A stretch of 64,000 bases of DNA from Neodothiora populina (Eukaryota). A program made the position numbers and the translations under genes. This document shows positions 35,001-46,715 of the stretch, piece by piece. How positions within the stretch are numbered: the stretch's first letter is position 1; each line of letters opens with the position of its first letter. The notes under the pieces were generated by a model, which made no database searches, had not been told where the DNA came from, and was given only the letters and a program-made list of their open reading frames with translations. Location: the NCBI RefSeq assembly GCF_041146345.1, contig NW_027191419.1:124001-188000 (forward strand). The letters are read 5' to 3'.

Positions 35001-36753
35001 GTGCTGTAGCGCACCGATGCGTGTCTAGAGTCCTACTTCTCCACCACCCGCACACCCGCTTTTCATTACACATCTGTTATCTGGTCCCTCGACCACTAGT
35101 AGGCTGATGATTTCTGAAGACCGCTATACGGCAACGTCTGCGTGCTTATTGTCTTGCCTCCTAAATTGATTGCAGCATCTCTATGGCATATGTTAATGAA
35201 CGTGTCTGACCCATTAATGCTATTACACTCGGCTAGCCGCCTAAGTAAATGAATTGTTCCCTGCATTATATACAATACAAGTAATAGAATCGCTCTCCGT
35301 TAACACTTAGGAGCATTGTCTCGCTGCGAAGCCTCTAGAGCAACTTTTTCCCCACCAAATACTGATACTACTCAGAAATTATAATTACCAGCCTTGCGCG
35401 CACTCCCGCCGCACGCCGCCAAGTGGGTAAACTCTGACAAGGTCCCGGTACCCAGTTATCACTGCTTTACTGTACTTTACCTCCCCACTTCCTTCATAGG
35501 TCAATCACAACGTCCTGAATAATTCTCCAATTCAATCCTCGGGCCGAAACATTAGAAGGACAAACCAAGGTGTCTCGCCTTGACCAACTAGCTCTCTGGT
35601 TTGCGTATGACCTACCCTTCTCTTGACACATTGTCCATCGCCTTCGCCTCGATCAAGGAATCAAGAGCGGTACAATCACAGCCCAAAGTGTCAGATTGAC
35701 GCGCATTCTGATATAGAAAGTGGATACTGACTCGATTCCAGCGACATCTCAGTCGCCTTGACCACTACCTCTGACCATCAAACCCCTCCCGTCTCCGCGG
35801 GACATGCCGCGGATCTGAACGTTGACTACGACCTTTGGTACCTCCCACCTCGCCTCAATTTTCAATAGAACGACTTTTTTTGGTTCAACCACCTGACGGT
35901 CCCCGCCGAGCGTCAATTTATCTCAGCCGCTTGTAGCGTGTCCGAGCCGTCAGACCTCCCCCCCATCATCTTGAACTCTATTCCACACTTAGGCTCGTAG
36001 ATCATCGTCCATTGATCAAGACCATACTGACGTTGCACAAATCCAGACCTCTCGATTCTCCCGTAACTGCACAATTAAACCCTTAATTCCAATCGGGAAT
36101 CACTGGTCTGCGCCCTACTCGGTCGGTAAGTACGAACAGTCTGACGCTTTACGAGGTTAGCGTTACTCCCTTCCCCATTGACCGTGCTCTTGCAACGGTG
36201 CTATCGCGTACTTTCCTTCCCCTCAATAATTCACATATCCTATGAATCGCCCACTACAAATCACAGCTTGAACTCTCCTTGATTACACGCATCTTTGATG
36301 GTCATCTGCCGGCAACCTTGAGTTACCGACTTAGTGGTTCACGCTTTCCCCCTCTACGCCGGATTCTATTCCGAAGCTATTACACTGCCGATGCCTTGAT
36401 CCTCACCACACGCGTTCATCAAAAGCACTTCCCGATAATCTCTTCTTCCACGAACCTGCTCATCTGACTCTCTCGATATCCAGATCGAAATATTGACATT
36501 CTTACTCGATCTTGACGCATAAACCGTCATCCACACCCAGCCAGCGTTTAGGCAGACGCGCCCAAAGTGTCGAACTTTGATCGCTTGATGCTTTGAGCAG
36601 CGACCTACCATCCATTGTGTCTTCATCACTTCTCCCAACCAACAGTCTGAGGAGTCTGTGAACTTTCTGCACAGGTTAATTCTCTGAACACTATCTACTC
36701 GCTCATATCAAGATTGGCCTTCGATCAATTCACGCTCTGAACAACCTTCAAAC

Positions 36754-38352
36754 ATGAGCAACGGCAGTGGTTCGGGGCCCCTCCAGCCCACATGGACGGG
36801 TTTTGTCCAAAACAGTATGGACGGGCTTATGCTCTTCGAAGCGTGTCTAAGTGGAAAGTTGCACCACGTACCAAGGCGCCCACACGATAGAGAGCGCGCC
36901 AATCTCATTAAGAGTGGCAGTGTGTTCATCTACGAAGAAAATGCGAGTGGCATTAAGCGCTGGACCGATGGCGTCGCTTGGAGCCCAAGTCGTATTCTCG
37001 GCAACTTTCTAATCTATCGTGAACTCGAAAAGCCCTTTCCTCCTGGCGAGAAAAAGCGAGCTATGAAGCGCAAGCGATCTCAAGATCTTGACGGGGGTCG
37101 TGGGTCTGAAGAGAACGAAACAGCAGAATACGCTGCGTTACCACCGACGCCGCCATCTCCAACGAATCCCTCGCTAGACCAGAAAGCAGACTCGGCCGGT
37201 GTGCACGATAACGATAAGGAAATGGAGCGACAGCTCATCGGCTCGCTCGTTGACAGCTACGGCTTTCGGCCGAACGGCCTCGTCAAGAAGACTATGAGCA
37301 TATCTCTGAATGGCGTCTCTCACCACCTCGTATCATACTATACAGTTGAAGATGTCAAACAGCGCCGACTGAATCGGCCGTTGACAGATTCTCGTCTTGC
37401 AGGACTCACTGTCCGCCCTGAACTCTTCATGAAGCAGAATTTTCGTGCACCTGTGGAGGAGACAGAACACTACGCCGTTGACTCCGTCGGCCACGCATAT
37501 CCTCATATGGTCTACTCACCCATGGTAGCGGGTCATTACGCCATTCGACCTGGCAACTACGGGTCATCTGGCTATCCGATGTACGGCATGGCCACCAGCA
37601 GTCCCATGTATGGTGGTCTTCCAGCCACTGCTTGGCCTTCTAACCCGCAACCTCCAGCCTCTGCAGCATATAGTTCACCTTCATATCCGACATCAGGCTA
37701 CGACTACTACAACCGGCATCCGTCAAACGCTTCTCAAAGTACAGGTTCGGTGAAGCAAGAAGATTCCACTCCTGGCCACAATTACATGTCGTATTCCAGC
37801 CAATATCCAGCATCGACACGAAGCGCCAACCCACAAGGAGCGTACCCACCCATGCAGTCTCAGCCATACCAGTCACCGATCCGAGCCAGTGACAACGCGT
37901 ATGCCACTTCCCAGACAGGGTCCTCAACACCATCACAACCTCCCGCGAATCACCCCAATGGATCTGCTCAACACGCCTACCACACTACCCCGGCAACATC
38001 ACACCAGCCACAGTCGCACTACCAGGGCTACTCTCTACCTCACCAAACTGGTTCGCCTCATTCTAGTCTCAAATCTCCCGCACCTGGCTCGAATCAACCA
38101 CTTACTTCGTTGCCTCCACGATCGGCTTTGCCCGCATCTATGGGCGGTTACCAGGGATCTTACGCTAGTCAAGGCGGCCCTCCAGCAACTGGGTTGGGAC
38201 TAAGCTCTGGGTATGGCAGCAGTGCACCATCAGGTGCTCACGGCACATACGCCAATGCAACTTATGGAAGTTCAGCATATGGTACGGCGTCACACAACTT
38301 CAGACCAACCACTGAAGGAGAAGCCGGAGTCTCTGCAAGTGGCTATACCTAA
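36754..38352 (+). CDS. WOR1: Gti1/Pac2 (WOPR) family transcription factor, Wor1/Ryp1/Sge1 type
   Basis: WOPR box a RRPHDRER..IKSGSVFIYEENASGIKRWTDGVAWSPSRILGNFLIYREL; NLS-like PPGEKKRAMKRKR; box b LIGSLVDSYGF..GLVKKTMS..HHLVSYY; Q/S/Y/P-rich C-terminus. Confidence 0.93.
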   Translation: MSNGSGSGPLQPTWTGFVQNSMDGLMLFEACLSGKLHHVPRRPHDRERANLIKSGSVFIYEENASGIKRWTDGVAWSPSRILGNFLIYRELEKPFPPGEKKRAMKRKRSQDLDGGRGSEENETAEYAALPPTPPSPTNPSLDQKADSAGVHDNDKEMERQLIGSLVDSYGFRPNGLVKKTMSISLNGVSHHLVSYYTVEDVKQRRLNRPLTDSRLAGLTVRPELFMKQNFRAPVEETEHYAVDSVGHAYPHMVYSPMVAGHYAIRPGNYGSSGYPMYGMATSSPMYGGLPATAWPSNPQPPASAAYSSPSYPTSGYDYYNRHPSNASQSTGSVKQEDSTPGHNYMSYSSQYPASTRSANPQGAYPPMQSQPYQSPIRASDNAYATSQTGSSTPSQPPANHPNGSAQHAYHTTPATSHQPQSHYQGYSLPHQTGSPHSSLKSPAPGSNQPLTSLPPRSALPASMGGYQGSYASQGGPPATGLGLSSGYGSSAPSGAHGTYANATYGSSAYGTASHNFRPTTEGEAGVSASGYT

Positions 38353-39096
38353 ATTATGGCCCTTTCCGGAGCGATGAACCAGGACACGATTAGACGCTTC
38401 ACACCCAACCAAGTTCGCTTTTCAGCTTGGCCCGAATTGTAGGCGCACGATGTGACGCACTTTTTTCTTCTTTCACCACGCCTCGCGTTTCATGTATATT
38501 TAAATGCTTTATGAGTTGTCCAAAGCCAAGATCTGCCTTACAGTATCATGACATGAATGTAGATATGGTCACGAGTGAACGGAAGGCAAAACAAAAGTCA
38601 ATGTCTCTAACAAAGGGGACTAGGGAGCTTTGGCAGAAATTCAGGGAGGACTGCCTGGCGCAAGATCAATTACATGGACCCAAACCTCTTGTTTCATGTA
38701 CATACCTCCAAATAAAGTTATCGTTGCCTCTTATTTCCATGTACAAGTACTCAGAGCTCCACTATAATATCAATAGCGAAATAGGTGTGCATACGAGTTT
38801 TTCATCTGTATTTCGTATTTGATGTTGGGAGCTGCATAGATTTAGATAACTTCAGTCATGCATGAAGATGATCTGCGAATGCTTTGATCGCACCGGAGTA
38901 GCTGCCAGGGGAAAAGGCCAGTCTAGAACAAGGGATCGACGAGCGCTTCATGATGATCATCGTTCAGTCATAAGATGATCATGTGATAATTTTCGCATCC
39001 GGCCCTACTCCTCCATAACTTCGCAAGCTTGGTACGCTGGATCACCGGCACCACTTGTCCTTCTCACGCAATATTTCCTGCGGGGGTTATGGATCA

Positions 39097-40682
39097 ATGG
39101 TGAACCTACCACCGACCATGTTGAGTTGTTCTACCTCGGCAAGTAGCACGCTGCTGTGCTCTGCCTCTGCTCGTCGTGTCGCTTGCCATTCTCCACAGCT
39201 GTGGCATTTCAAACTTCACCAAGCCCGACTTCATCAAGCTGAGCACGTGCGCGGCCGAGTGTTCGCAAAGCCGCTCGCACGATACACGAGCAAGGCAAAT
39301 CAGCCAGGCACCCTTCTGAGGCTGTGCTATACCGGGTATCCTTTGGTCCAGTCCTTAGTCTTGTATAGCAGCTGATTGGACGTTAGCCGGAGCTCACCAA
39401 ATATCATCCGAACTTACGCGGATAGGCATGGTCCTGTAAATGAGCATGCAGAGGACCAGCGGAAGCATGTAGGTCAACAGCTTTGACAGAGCATACCCCT
39501 CCAATCATTTCCTTCATCTACCTTTCCGATCTATCATTCTGGACAAGTTACCTACTTGGCATCACCCACTAGACCAAGCCGAGGCAAGCGTAGAGGTGTT
39601 CAGTCTGCAGAGCGCCGGTCCGCAAATCCGTGTAAAGTCAGGGAGCCTTTGTTGCATTGCCCGAACATGATATTCGTGCAGAGGGTTACCGAATGGCCAA
39701 CGATCGAATGCTGACTGGAGACCGAATCAGCAAACGTCCAGTCCAACGTCAACCAAGTCTTTGAGTGATAAATTGGACGCAACGAAGCAACGAACTAAAC
39801 ATATAACTAGCAAAGTTCGATCGTCGCTGACCTCTTTGACACCTCATGAGAACATCTACAATGTTCCCAACATACTCACGGCCTCCCGCCTGATAGCCGC
39901 TCCAGCAGTTGGTTACCTAGTTTTGCACGATCAGCACAAATATGCGCTTGCCCTCTTCGCATATGCAGGCATAACTGATCTTGTAGATGGCTGGATAGCC
40001 CGGCATTACAAACTCCAAACTGTGGTTGGCAGTGTCATTGATCCAATGGCGGACAAGGTGCTTATGACGATCCTCACAGTCACATTAGCTGTCAAAGGTC
40101 TCCTTCCTGGTACGTCGTATTTGGGGCAGTGTACAGCAGAGTCGATGTCTGTCATTCTAACCGGATGCTGTAGCCTATCTGGCTACCCTTATACTTGGCC
40201 GTGACGTTGCACTTGCTGGTGCTGCGATATACTACCGTTACGCGTCACTACCAGCGCCGAAAACGATGCAGCGTTACTGGGACTTTTCCCTGCCGAGTGC
40301 AGAAGTCCACCCGACCACAATGTCCAAATTCAACACCTTCTTACAACTGCTTCTCATCGGCTCGACCTTGGCTTACCCAGTCGTGACTGCGGACAGTCAT
40401 CACTTGGGCGTCATGTATGACCTTGGCCTCGAGAAAGTTAGCCTTGACGCAGTCATGACAGGTTTCCAATGGGTTGTGGCTGGTACTACGGTGTGGAGTG
40501 GTCTGAGTTATTCCTACCTCAAGAACGCTGTCACAATCCTAGGAAAGGACGAAGCACTCAAGCTCAAGCAAGGTAGACGGGGAAGAGCCATAATCGGCGC
40601 GACTTTTGGCAGTGTTGTTGCAGCTGCATTGTGGCTTGCTCTCACGGATCGGTCCGAGCAGGACGAAGCAGTGGATGAGTAG
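39097..40682 (+). CDS. CRD1: Cardiolipin synthase (CDP-alcohol phosphatidyltransferase) with likely mitochondrial presequence
   Basis: HENIYNVPNILTASRL and TDLVDGWIAR..VGSVIDPMADK motifs; ILGRD, RYWDFSLPSAEVHPT..SKFNTFLQ. Predicted introns 39336-39386, 39469-39730 and ~40110-40173 keep frame. Start ATG (39097 or 39118) and 5' exons are less certain. Confidence 0.88.
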
Positions 40683-41461
40683 GTCCATGTGCAGACCGAG
40701 CCTGTCAGTATCTCAATAGCTCGTACGCGTCCGACTCCAGTGCATGACAGAACAAGTCTTGAGACAGATCGTTCTATTAAATGTGTCGAGATAACACATT
40801 CCGAGCTCGACCCAAAATGACCAATGGCCAACTCTGTCTACGCAGTCAGACAATTCATAGTACTGTACAAAACAACCTCGTCACTAACAGAAAAGACGAC
40901 TCTCGCCCCGTGTCTGAATGCAGCTCTAGCTCGATATAGACCATTTTCCTCCTGATTTGTAAAAGAAATCTATCAGAGCCATTGCGATGAGTGTGCCGAG
41001 GATAGGATCTAGCCAGGACGAAGGGGGCATTCTTTGATCGTTGCCAGCCGGAGCCTCGAACGATAGTACTTGCACTACAGCCGCCGTGCCTGCACCTGAA
41101 CACAATTCATCTTCCTCGCCTGTATGGTACAGAACAGAAGGATGATCGTGTCCGGAGTTGTGCATACAGTAGAGCACTGAGTCCAGGTGTATTATCGTGA
41201 AATCTGTCAGCCAACAGTGAGTGGCTGCAACTCCACGTACACGCGAACACCTTCTGAATGAAACTGGGTAGAATAACAAGTAAATTCGTTTGGGGTATCT
41301 GCTACGCTAAAGTTTCACAAGATCAAGATAAACAAACGAAAGAATGCAGTCGAACTTCTTCAGACCTTTGCGCCTACTCAGGTAATCAACCGATCACATA
41401 TACAAGCTCACAACAGACATGACTCCATGCGAGATACAAAGAAGGAAGATATGTAGACCCA

Positions 41462-42754
41462 CTAGACGGTCGAGCTCGAGGGCCCATCATACGCCGGTGG
41501 TGCAATGCCTTCGAACCCATACGCCGGCTTTTCGTTAAGACTGGACTTGACATCGACCTTGGCAGAAGACAAAGGGCTGTCCACCACCGCCGGAGGTTCA
41601 AGAGGCGGACTTATCACTGTCTGCTCCGGCCTGTCCGTGGGCAAAATGACAAACGGCTCCTTGACTTCGAAATTGAATCGATGCTGACTTTCGACGTGGA
41701 GCACGGTCGCTTCCACTTTTAGCTTGTAGCTCTGGTTCGCGGTATATGTCTTGAACGTCGGCACAATGACGTTTGAAAGCATCTGCATGTCTGCAATTCG
41801 GAACTCACTTGCGATCTCTACGGCGGTGTTGTCGAGAGAGAGAGCGAGTTTCGGGTTCAGCGTGTATCTGGCAATCTCGAAGCTTTTATCGTTGTTGAAG
41901 TTTGTCACGAGGTGTTTCACTCTTTGCATTACATACTGCTTTACAGTGACGACAACTCGTTCTAGAATAAGAGTTGGGTGTTCGGGATCATTCTGGCCGG
42001 TAGTGTAGTGGTGTAAGGACATGGACAGTGACATGGGCTGCCATACACTTGCAGAAGTAGGGAAATATGCAGTCGGCCGGAAGTTCACAGAAGGTGTCTT
42101 CAATGCAGGGTCGTCGCCGAAAGCATGCTTCATCTTGTCCCTGAAAGACAGCCGATGCGGACGTAGTGAGCTGCTTTTATATTGCTGATCCTGGAAACGA
42201 TATAGAACAGGTATCGGCAGTGGATTAGGCGAGGAAGCGTAAGGCGAGACGACTACGGGCATCTCGCTCTTTTTGCCACCCAGTAAGTTGTCGGGATTTA
42301 TTACTGCACACATCTTGTACCAGATGTTGATTTTCAGCCGAGTCCCTTCAGATACGTAAAGCGTTGGAGGCAATGCATGTGGCGTTGACTCGAAGTTGGG
42401 ATCCTCGGCCACATGGCCATGTCGATGATACTGTGTATACTCGGGGAGAGTAAACGTGAAGGGCCAAGAAAGTGCCGTCGACTGCATCTTATAAGGCCCC
42501 TGAAACACCCGCTGAGAGAAAGTGAATAGCTCTATCTTCTCGTTATACGTGCTTGTCGTGTTTCCATTGCTTCGGGTCGTCCTCGTATGCACCATCCCTT
42601 CGAATCGAATCTCGACGGCATCGATCTTCTTATGGTCATGCACCGACAGATGCACTTGCCCACTGATGACTTGGCCAGGTGGAAAGATCGGGTCACCTGC
42701 AGGGCTTCTATAAAAGTCACCGTCGAGGGTTATTGAAATGTCGCTTCTGCCCAT
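41462..42754 (-). CDS. Alpha-arrestin-like protein (arrestin N domain) with C-terminal PPxY motif
   Basis: FPPGQVISGQVHL, VEIRFEG, WPFTFTLP, LPPTL, FKTYTANQSYKLKVEATV; PPAY near the C-terminus. Confidence 0.8.
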   Translation of the reverse strand: MGRSDISITLDGDFYRSPAGDPIFPPGQVISGQVHLSVHDHKKIDAVEIRFEGMVHTRTTRSNGNTTSTYNEKIELFTFSQRVFQGPYKMQSTALSWPFTFTLPEYTQYHRHGHVAEDPNFESTPHALPPTLYVSEGTRLKINIWYKMCAVINPDNLLGGKKSEMPVVVSPYASSPNPLPIPVLYRFQDQQYKSSSLRPHRLSFRDKMKHAFGDDPALKTPSVNFRPTAYFPTSASVWQPMSLSMSLHHYTTGQNDPEHPTLILERVVVTVKQYVMQRVKHLVTNFNNDKSFEIARYTLNPKLALSLDNTAVEIASEFRIADMQMLSNVIVPTFKTYTANQSYKLKVEATVLHVESQHRFNFEVKEPFVILPTDRPEQTVISPPLEPPAVVDSPLSSAKVDVKSSLNEKPAYGFEGIAPPAYDGPSSSTV

Positions 42755-43461
42755 TGTGCTGTAAGTTCCTTGTGGATATGACGCTCTGCTCTGGGCGTTT
42801 TGGATGTGTTAACAAGGAAAGTGCAGAGTGTACACAGCGATATATATTTTCGAGATGCAACACAACCCGTGGCGCAGTCGCCTTATTCCGTTGTTACACA
42901 CGATGTGATGTCAGTCTCACAGTTGCGGTGTCGGTCAATCGCCCAAAACACCTTGGCGTGTCTTGAAGCGAATCCTTCGAAGCATTACTCGTCGTGGGAG
43001 ACCGCCTTAGAGGCTGTGTCGTTAGTCATTCTTAAGTCAGCCAAAACGGAGTTCAATGATGACTGGACGCTAGTAGTTCGACAGATAAAGTACCATAAGA
43101 ATCGATCATGTGGCCTACGGTACCTGTTGATGCGAGAACTACTTGTATCACGTCGACTCCTCTCGACAACCAGTCTGGTGATTGACATATGCACTTGAAG
43201 CGACGATCTGCACCGACTTTAGATGGGGATCTCGTATCGCCGAGACACTGTAGTTTTAATAGTAATCATCACCGTGAAGTATTCTTCCTCTACTGTACAT
43301 ACACGAGTACAGTATTGATGCCCGCATGTAGCCGCGACGGGTTATCGATTGTCCTTATCTGCTCAACCCCACTCTGACGGGTTGCTAGATATGACAACCA
43401 CAGGCCCCGATGCGTGATGCTCTTCATAAAAACTATCTGATTGTAGGTGAAACTCGCAAAT

Positions 43462-44555
43462 ATGCCTCATAGCATGCCTGCTCTGACGGTGACTGAAATG
43501 CACCCGAGTTTTGCGGCCGAGATCTCTGGAGTGGACTTCTCGCACGAGCTCGATCAGGATGTGTGGGATGGAATACTTATGGCTATAACCAAGGTAGATG
43601 AGATAAAATAAACATAGGAGTCCGAGGACATAAGTGAAGACTAACAGCACAGCTAGTATGGTGTGCTTGTGTTCCGAGATACCTGTCTAGATGACGCTAG
43701 CCATGTGCACTTCGCTTCAATGTTTGGCGACCTCGACGACGTGACTCCATATACTAAACTTGGGAAGAAGCATCGCTTGAGCACGAATTACCTCTTCGAT
43801 GTCAGCAATCTCAACGAAGATGGGTCAGTGTCGGAGCTGACCAGCCATCGCGCAGCTATGAACAAGGTTGCTATTCCTCCCTCATAGCTCTCTATCATAC
43901 CCATCTTGATCAAACAAAGTCACGCGCCCATATTCCTGACGCAAAACAGGGCAACACTCTCTTCCATGTAGACTCATCATTCAACCCCCGACGAGGCAGC
44001 TACTCCCTTCTGCGAGCAGCAGAACTGCCTCCAAAAGGCACAGGGGGCAACACAGAATTCGCCAACGCCCGCAGCGCATTCGAAGACCTACCAGAAGAGC
44101 TAAAAAGCGAACTCCTGGAACACGACTACATAGCAGCACACTCACTCTACCACAGCCGCAAGACCGCAGCGCCGGAGTTTCTCGCCGATGTCGAACCCAC
44201 TGATCACCCGATGAGCAGGCACAGGCTCGTGCAACGCCACGAACCGAGCGGGCGCATGAACCTGTACATCGCATCGCACGTCCATCACATCGAGGGCGTG
44301 AGCGCGGAGAAATCGGCGGAGCTGATCAGGACGCTGTACGCTCATGCTTGTCAGCCAAAGTATACTGTCAGCATCGAGTGGAAGAACAACGGCGATCTGA
44401 TCGTGTGGGATAATACTTGTGTTATGCATAGGGCTACTGGGGGTTCTTTCGAGGGTAAGTATAAGAGGGATATGAGGAGAGCTACGGTTCATGATGGCAG
44501 TGTGCATGCCTGGGGCTTGAATGAGAAGAGTGATAATAGGCAGGGGTTTCCCTGA
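43462..44555 (+). CDS. TauD/TfdA-family Fe(II)/2-oxoglutarate dioxygenase (TfdA-like)
   Basis: Three exons splice to HPSFAAEISGVDF..K-YGVLVFR..FDVSN..NK-GNTLFHVDSSF (HxD)..GGNTEFA..GDLIVWDNTCVMHRA..RDMRRATV (distal His and 2OG-binding Arg). Confidence 0.92.
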
Positions 44556-44868
44556 AGCATGGTTGACGGGTTTATGATGCGATGATTCAATGAATGGATG
44601 TGTTACCTGCATCAAGTAAGCTGTCAAAATGGCTCGGTCGATTGTCGACAATTGACGAATCGATCTAAGGATATGCGTACAGTTGTCCGTACAATTAATG
44701 CGAAGCGAGTGATGATAGCGCTCAGGCGGAGGTGGTGTAATTTTTTTTCTTTCAGAATAGTCGTTGCTCATGAATGCAAGCTTGGAATAATTGAGTTCGA
44801 ACAACAGTAGATAGCGCTAAAACTGGCGTCCCGATTCATTGATCACGCTGCAGATATCTCCATGTCGC

Positions 44869-46715
44869 TCAATGCGACTCAACTTTCCACCCTTCCTTGA
44901 CCATGGCTCGCACAAAATAGATAGCACCGAGGACAACACCACACCCAGCAAGAGCAACACCCGTGAACCACGAACACCTGATCCCCGACATGATGTCCTG
45001 CGGCGTGACACCCCCATTGTTGACCTGCACCTCCACCGTACCCGCAATGCCCAGCGCAATCGAGATGCTGTAGTTGACCATGGTATTGACCAAACTGGCA
45101 GCCAGACCCTGATGCTCTCGGGGCATGTGGTTGGACAAGATGACCGTGCCGGCGGGGAAAGACATGTCCATGCCAAAGGGCATGATGACGATGGCGACGA
45201 ACATCTGCGCCCAGTAGATTTGTTGCGTGGGTTGGAATGCTGTGATGACTTGTCCGGCGAGAAAGGCGATCATGGCTAAGAGCATGGTAAATGAGACGGG
45301 AGTGTGTGTGAGCATGAAACCTGTTGCTCCTGCTGCGATCAGACCGCAGATCAGAGCTGGAGTGAATTCTGCGCTGACTAAGAGAGGCGTCTGGCCTCGG
45401 ATCTCTTCGAGGAATCGCCAGCTGTAGTAGATCCCTATGATATCGATTAGTGATGCCTCAAGGATTACAAGGTGGAAGTGCCCTTACAAATGCCAAAGCT
45501 GCCCCAGCCGATTCCGATCAGAGCCATGGTGTAGGTGACAGTGCCATTGAATGCAGATACCGGAAGAAGAGGCGACACAGCCCGGCCCTCGATCCACAAA
45601 AAGGTTGCTAAAGCGAGAAATCCGATGATGAGAATAAAGTAAACGTGTGGCGTGCCCCAGCCGTACAGAGGGCCATTGTTCCAGGCAATGTTCACCAACA
45701 CCAGCCCCACCACTCCAGTGACCGATCCAGCCCAGTCAAAGTCTGGACGTTGATGTCCACCAGCAAATTGTGCGTCCTTACCTAGTTGCTTGGGAACAGC
45801 GAGTAAAGCAAAAGCCGAAAGAGCAAAAGATGCGATCCCAAAGCTCCAGAAAGTCCAGGGCCACCATGCAAGCTGAGCAAAGACGGCTCCACATAGTGCC
45901 CCAATAACGAAACCCCATGGGGCCATGGCGCCGAACAGGGCAAAAGTCAGGTTCTTTTTCAAGCCAGGTCGATAAGCACGGCCGAGTAAGGCCAGAGCAT
46001 TAGGTGCGAGCATAGCACTCCCAATGCCCTGCATAGCTCTACATACATCGAAGAAGATCTGACGGCCGACGTAGGCGCTGAAGCCGGCAAATCCAGACCA
46101 GATACCAAGAAATAGATATCCGAAAATCAACATTCTCTTGTGACCCAAGATGTCTCCCATTCGTCCAGCAATGAGGATGAATGTGCCCGTGGTCAGACTG
46201 TAGGCAGCAGAGAACCAAGCCATTTGTCCAGGATTGGTGACACCCAATCCACTGGCTATGTAGCCAGCTGGGGATATAGCCTGTCCGAGCCCGGCAAGAC
46301 ACATGAACTGTGCCATCACAGCCACTCCAATGAAAAGAACTTCATGGAACTTGCCTATACGGAGAAATTCTACGTCATTTGATTTCTCTAATGGTTGAGG
46401 CGTCGTAGGCATGGAGCTGATGTTAGCCATGACGTCTTGATTCAACTTCCTAGTGGATTGTTCGAGAAGAAAGCTCGTCGAGCGGCCTCGACCTCCATAC
46501 ACAGCTGGAATCTCAGGCACGGATTCTGATGTGTCAACATTCCATGAGGTTTCTAGTACGAAAGAGTCGACCATAGACTGCATAGAAACATGTCGAGATT
46601 TATGTAAAGACGACCGAGAGTCACTGGCAGTAGAGCTGTTCATGGTCGAGCGATTTGACCTTGATGACTTTTGATGTGACGCCTCGAGTGGCAGAGAGTA
46701 GTCTGGGAGAACCAT
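44869..46715 (-). CDS. MFS drug:H+ antiporter, DHA2/Atr1-Amf1-like, ~14 TM
   Basis: WFSAAYSLTTGTFILIAGRMGDILGHKR (motif A), RAMQGIG, PNALALLG, GAMAPWGFVIGA, DMSFPAGTVILSN..HQGLAASLVNT; one intron near 45433-45487. Confidence 0.92.
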
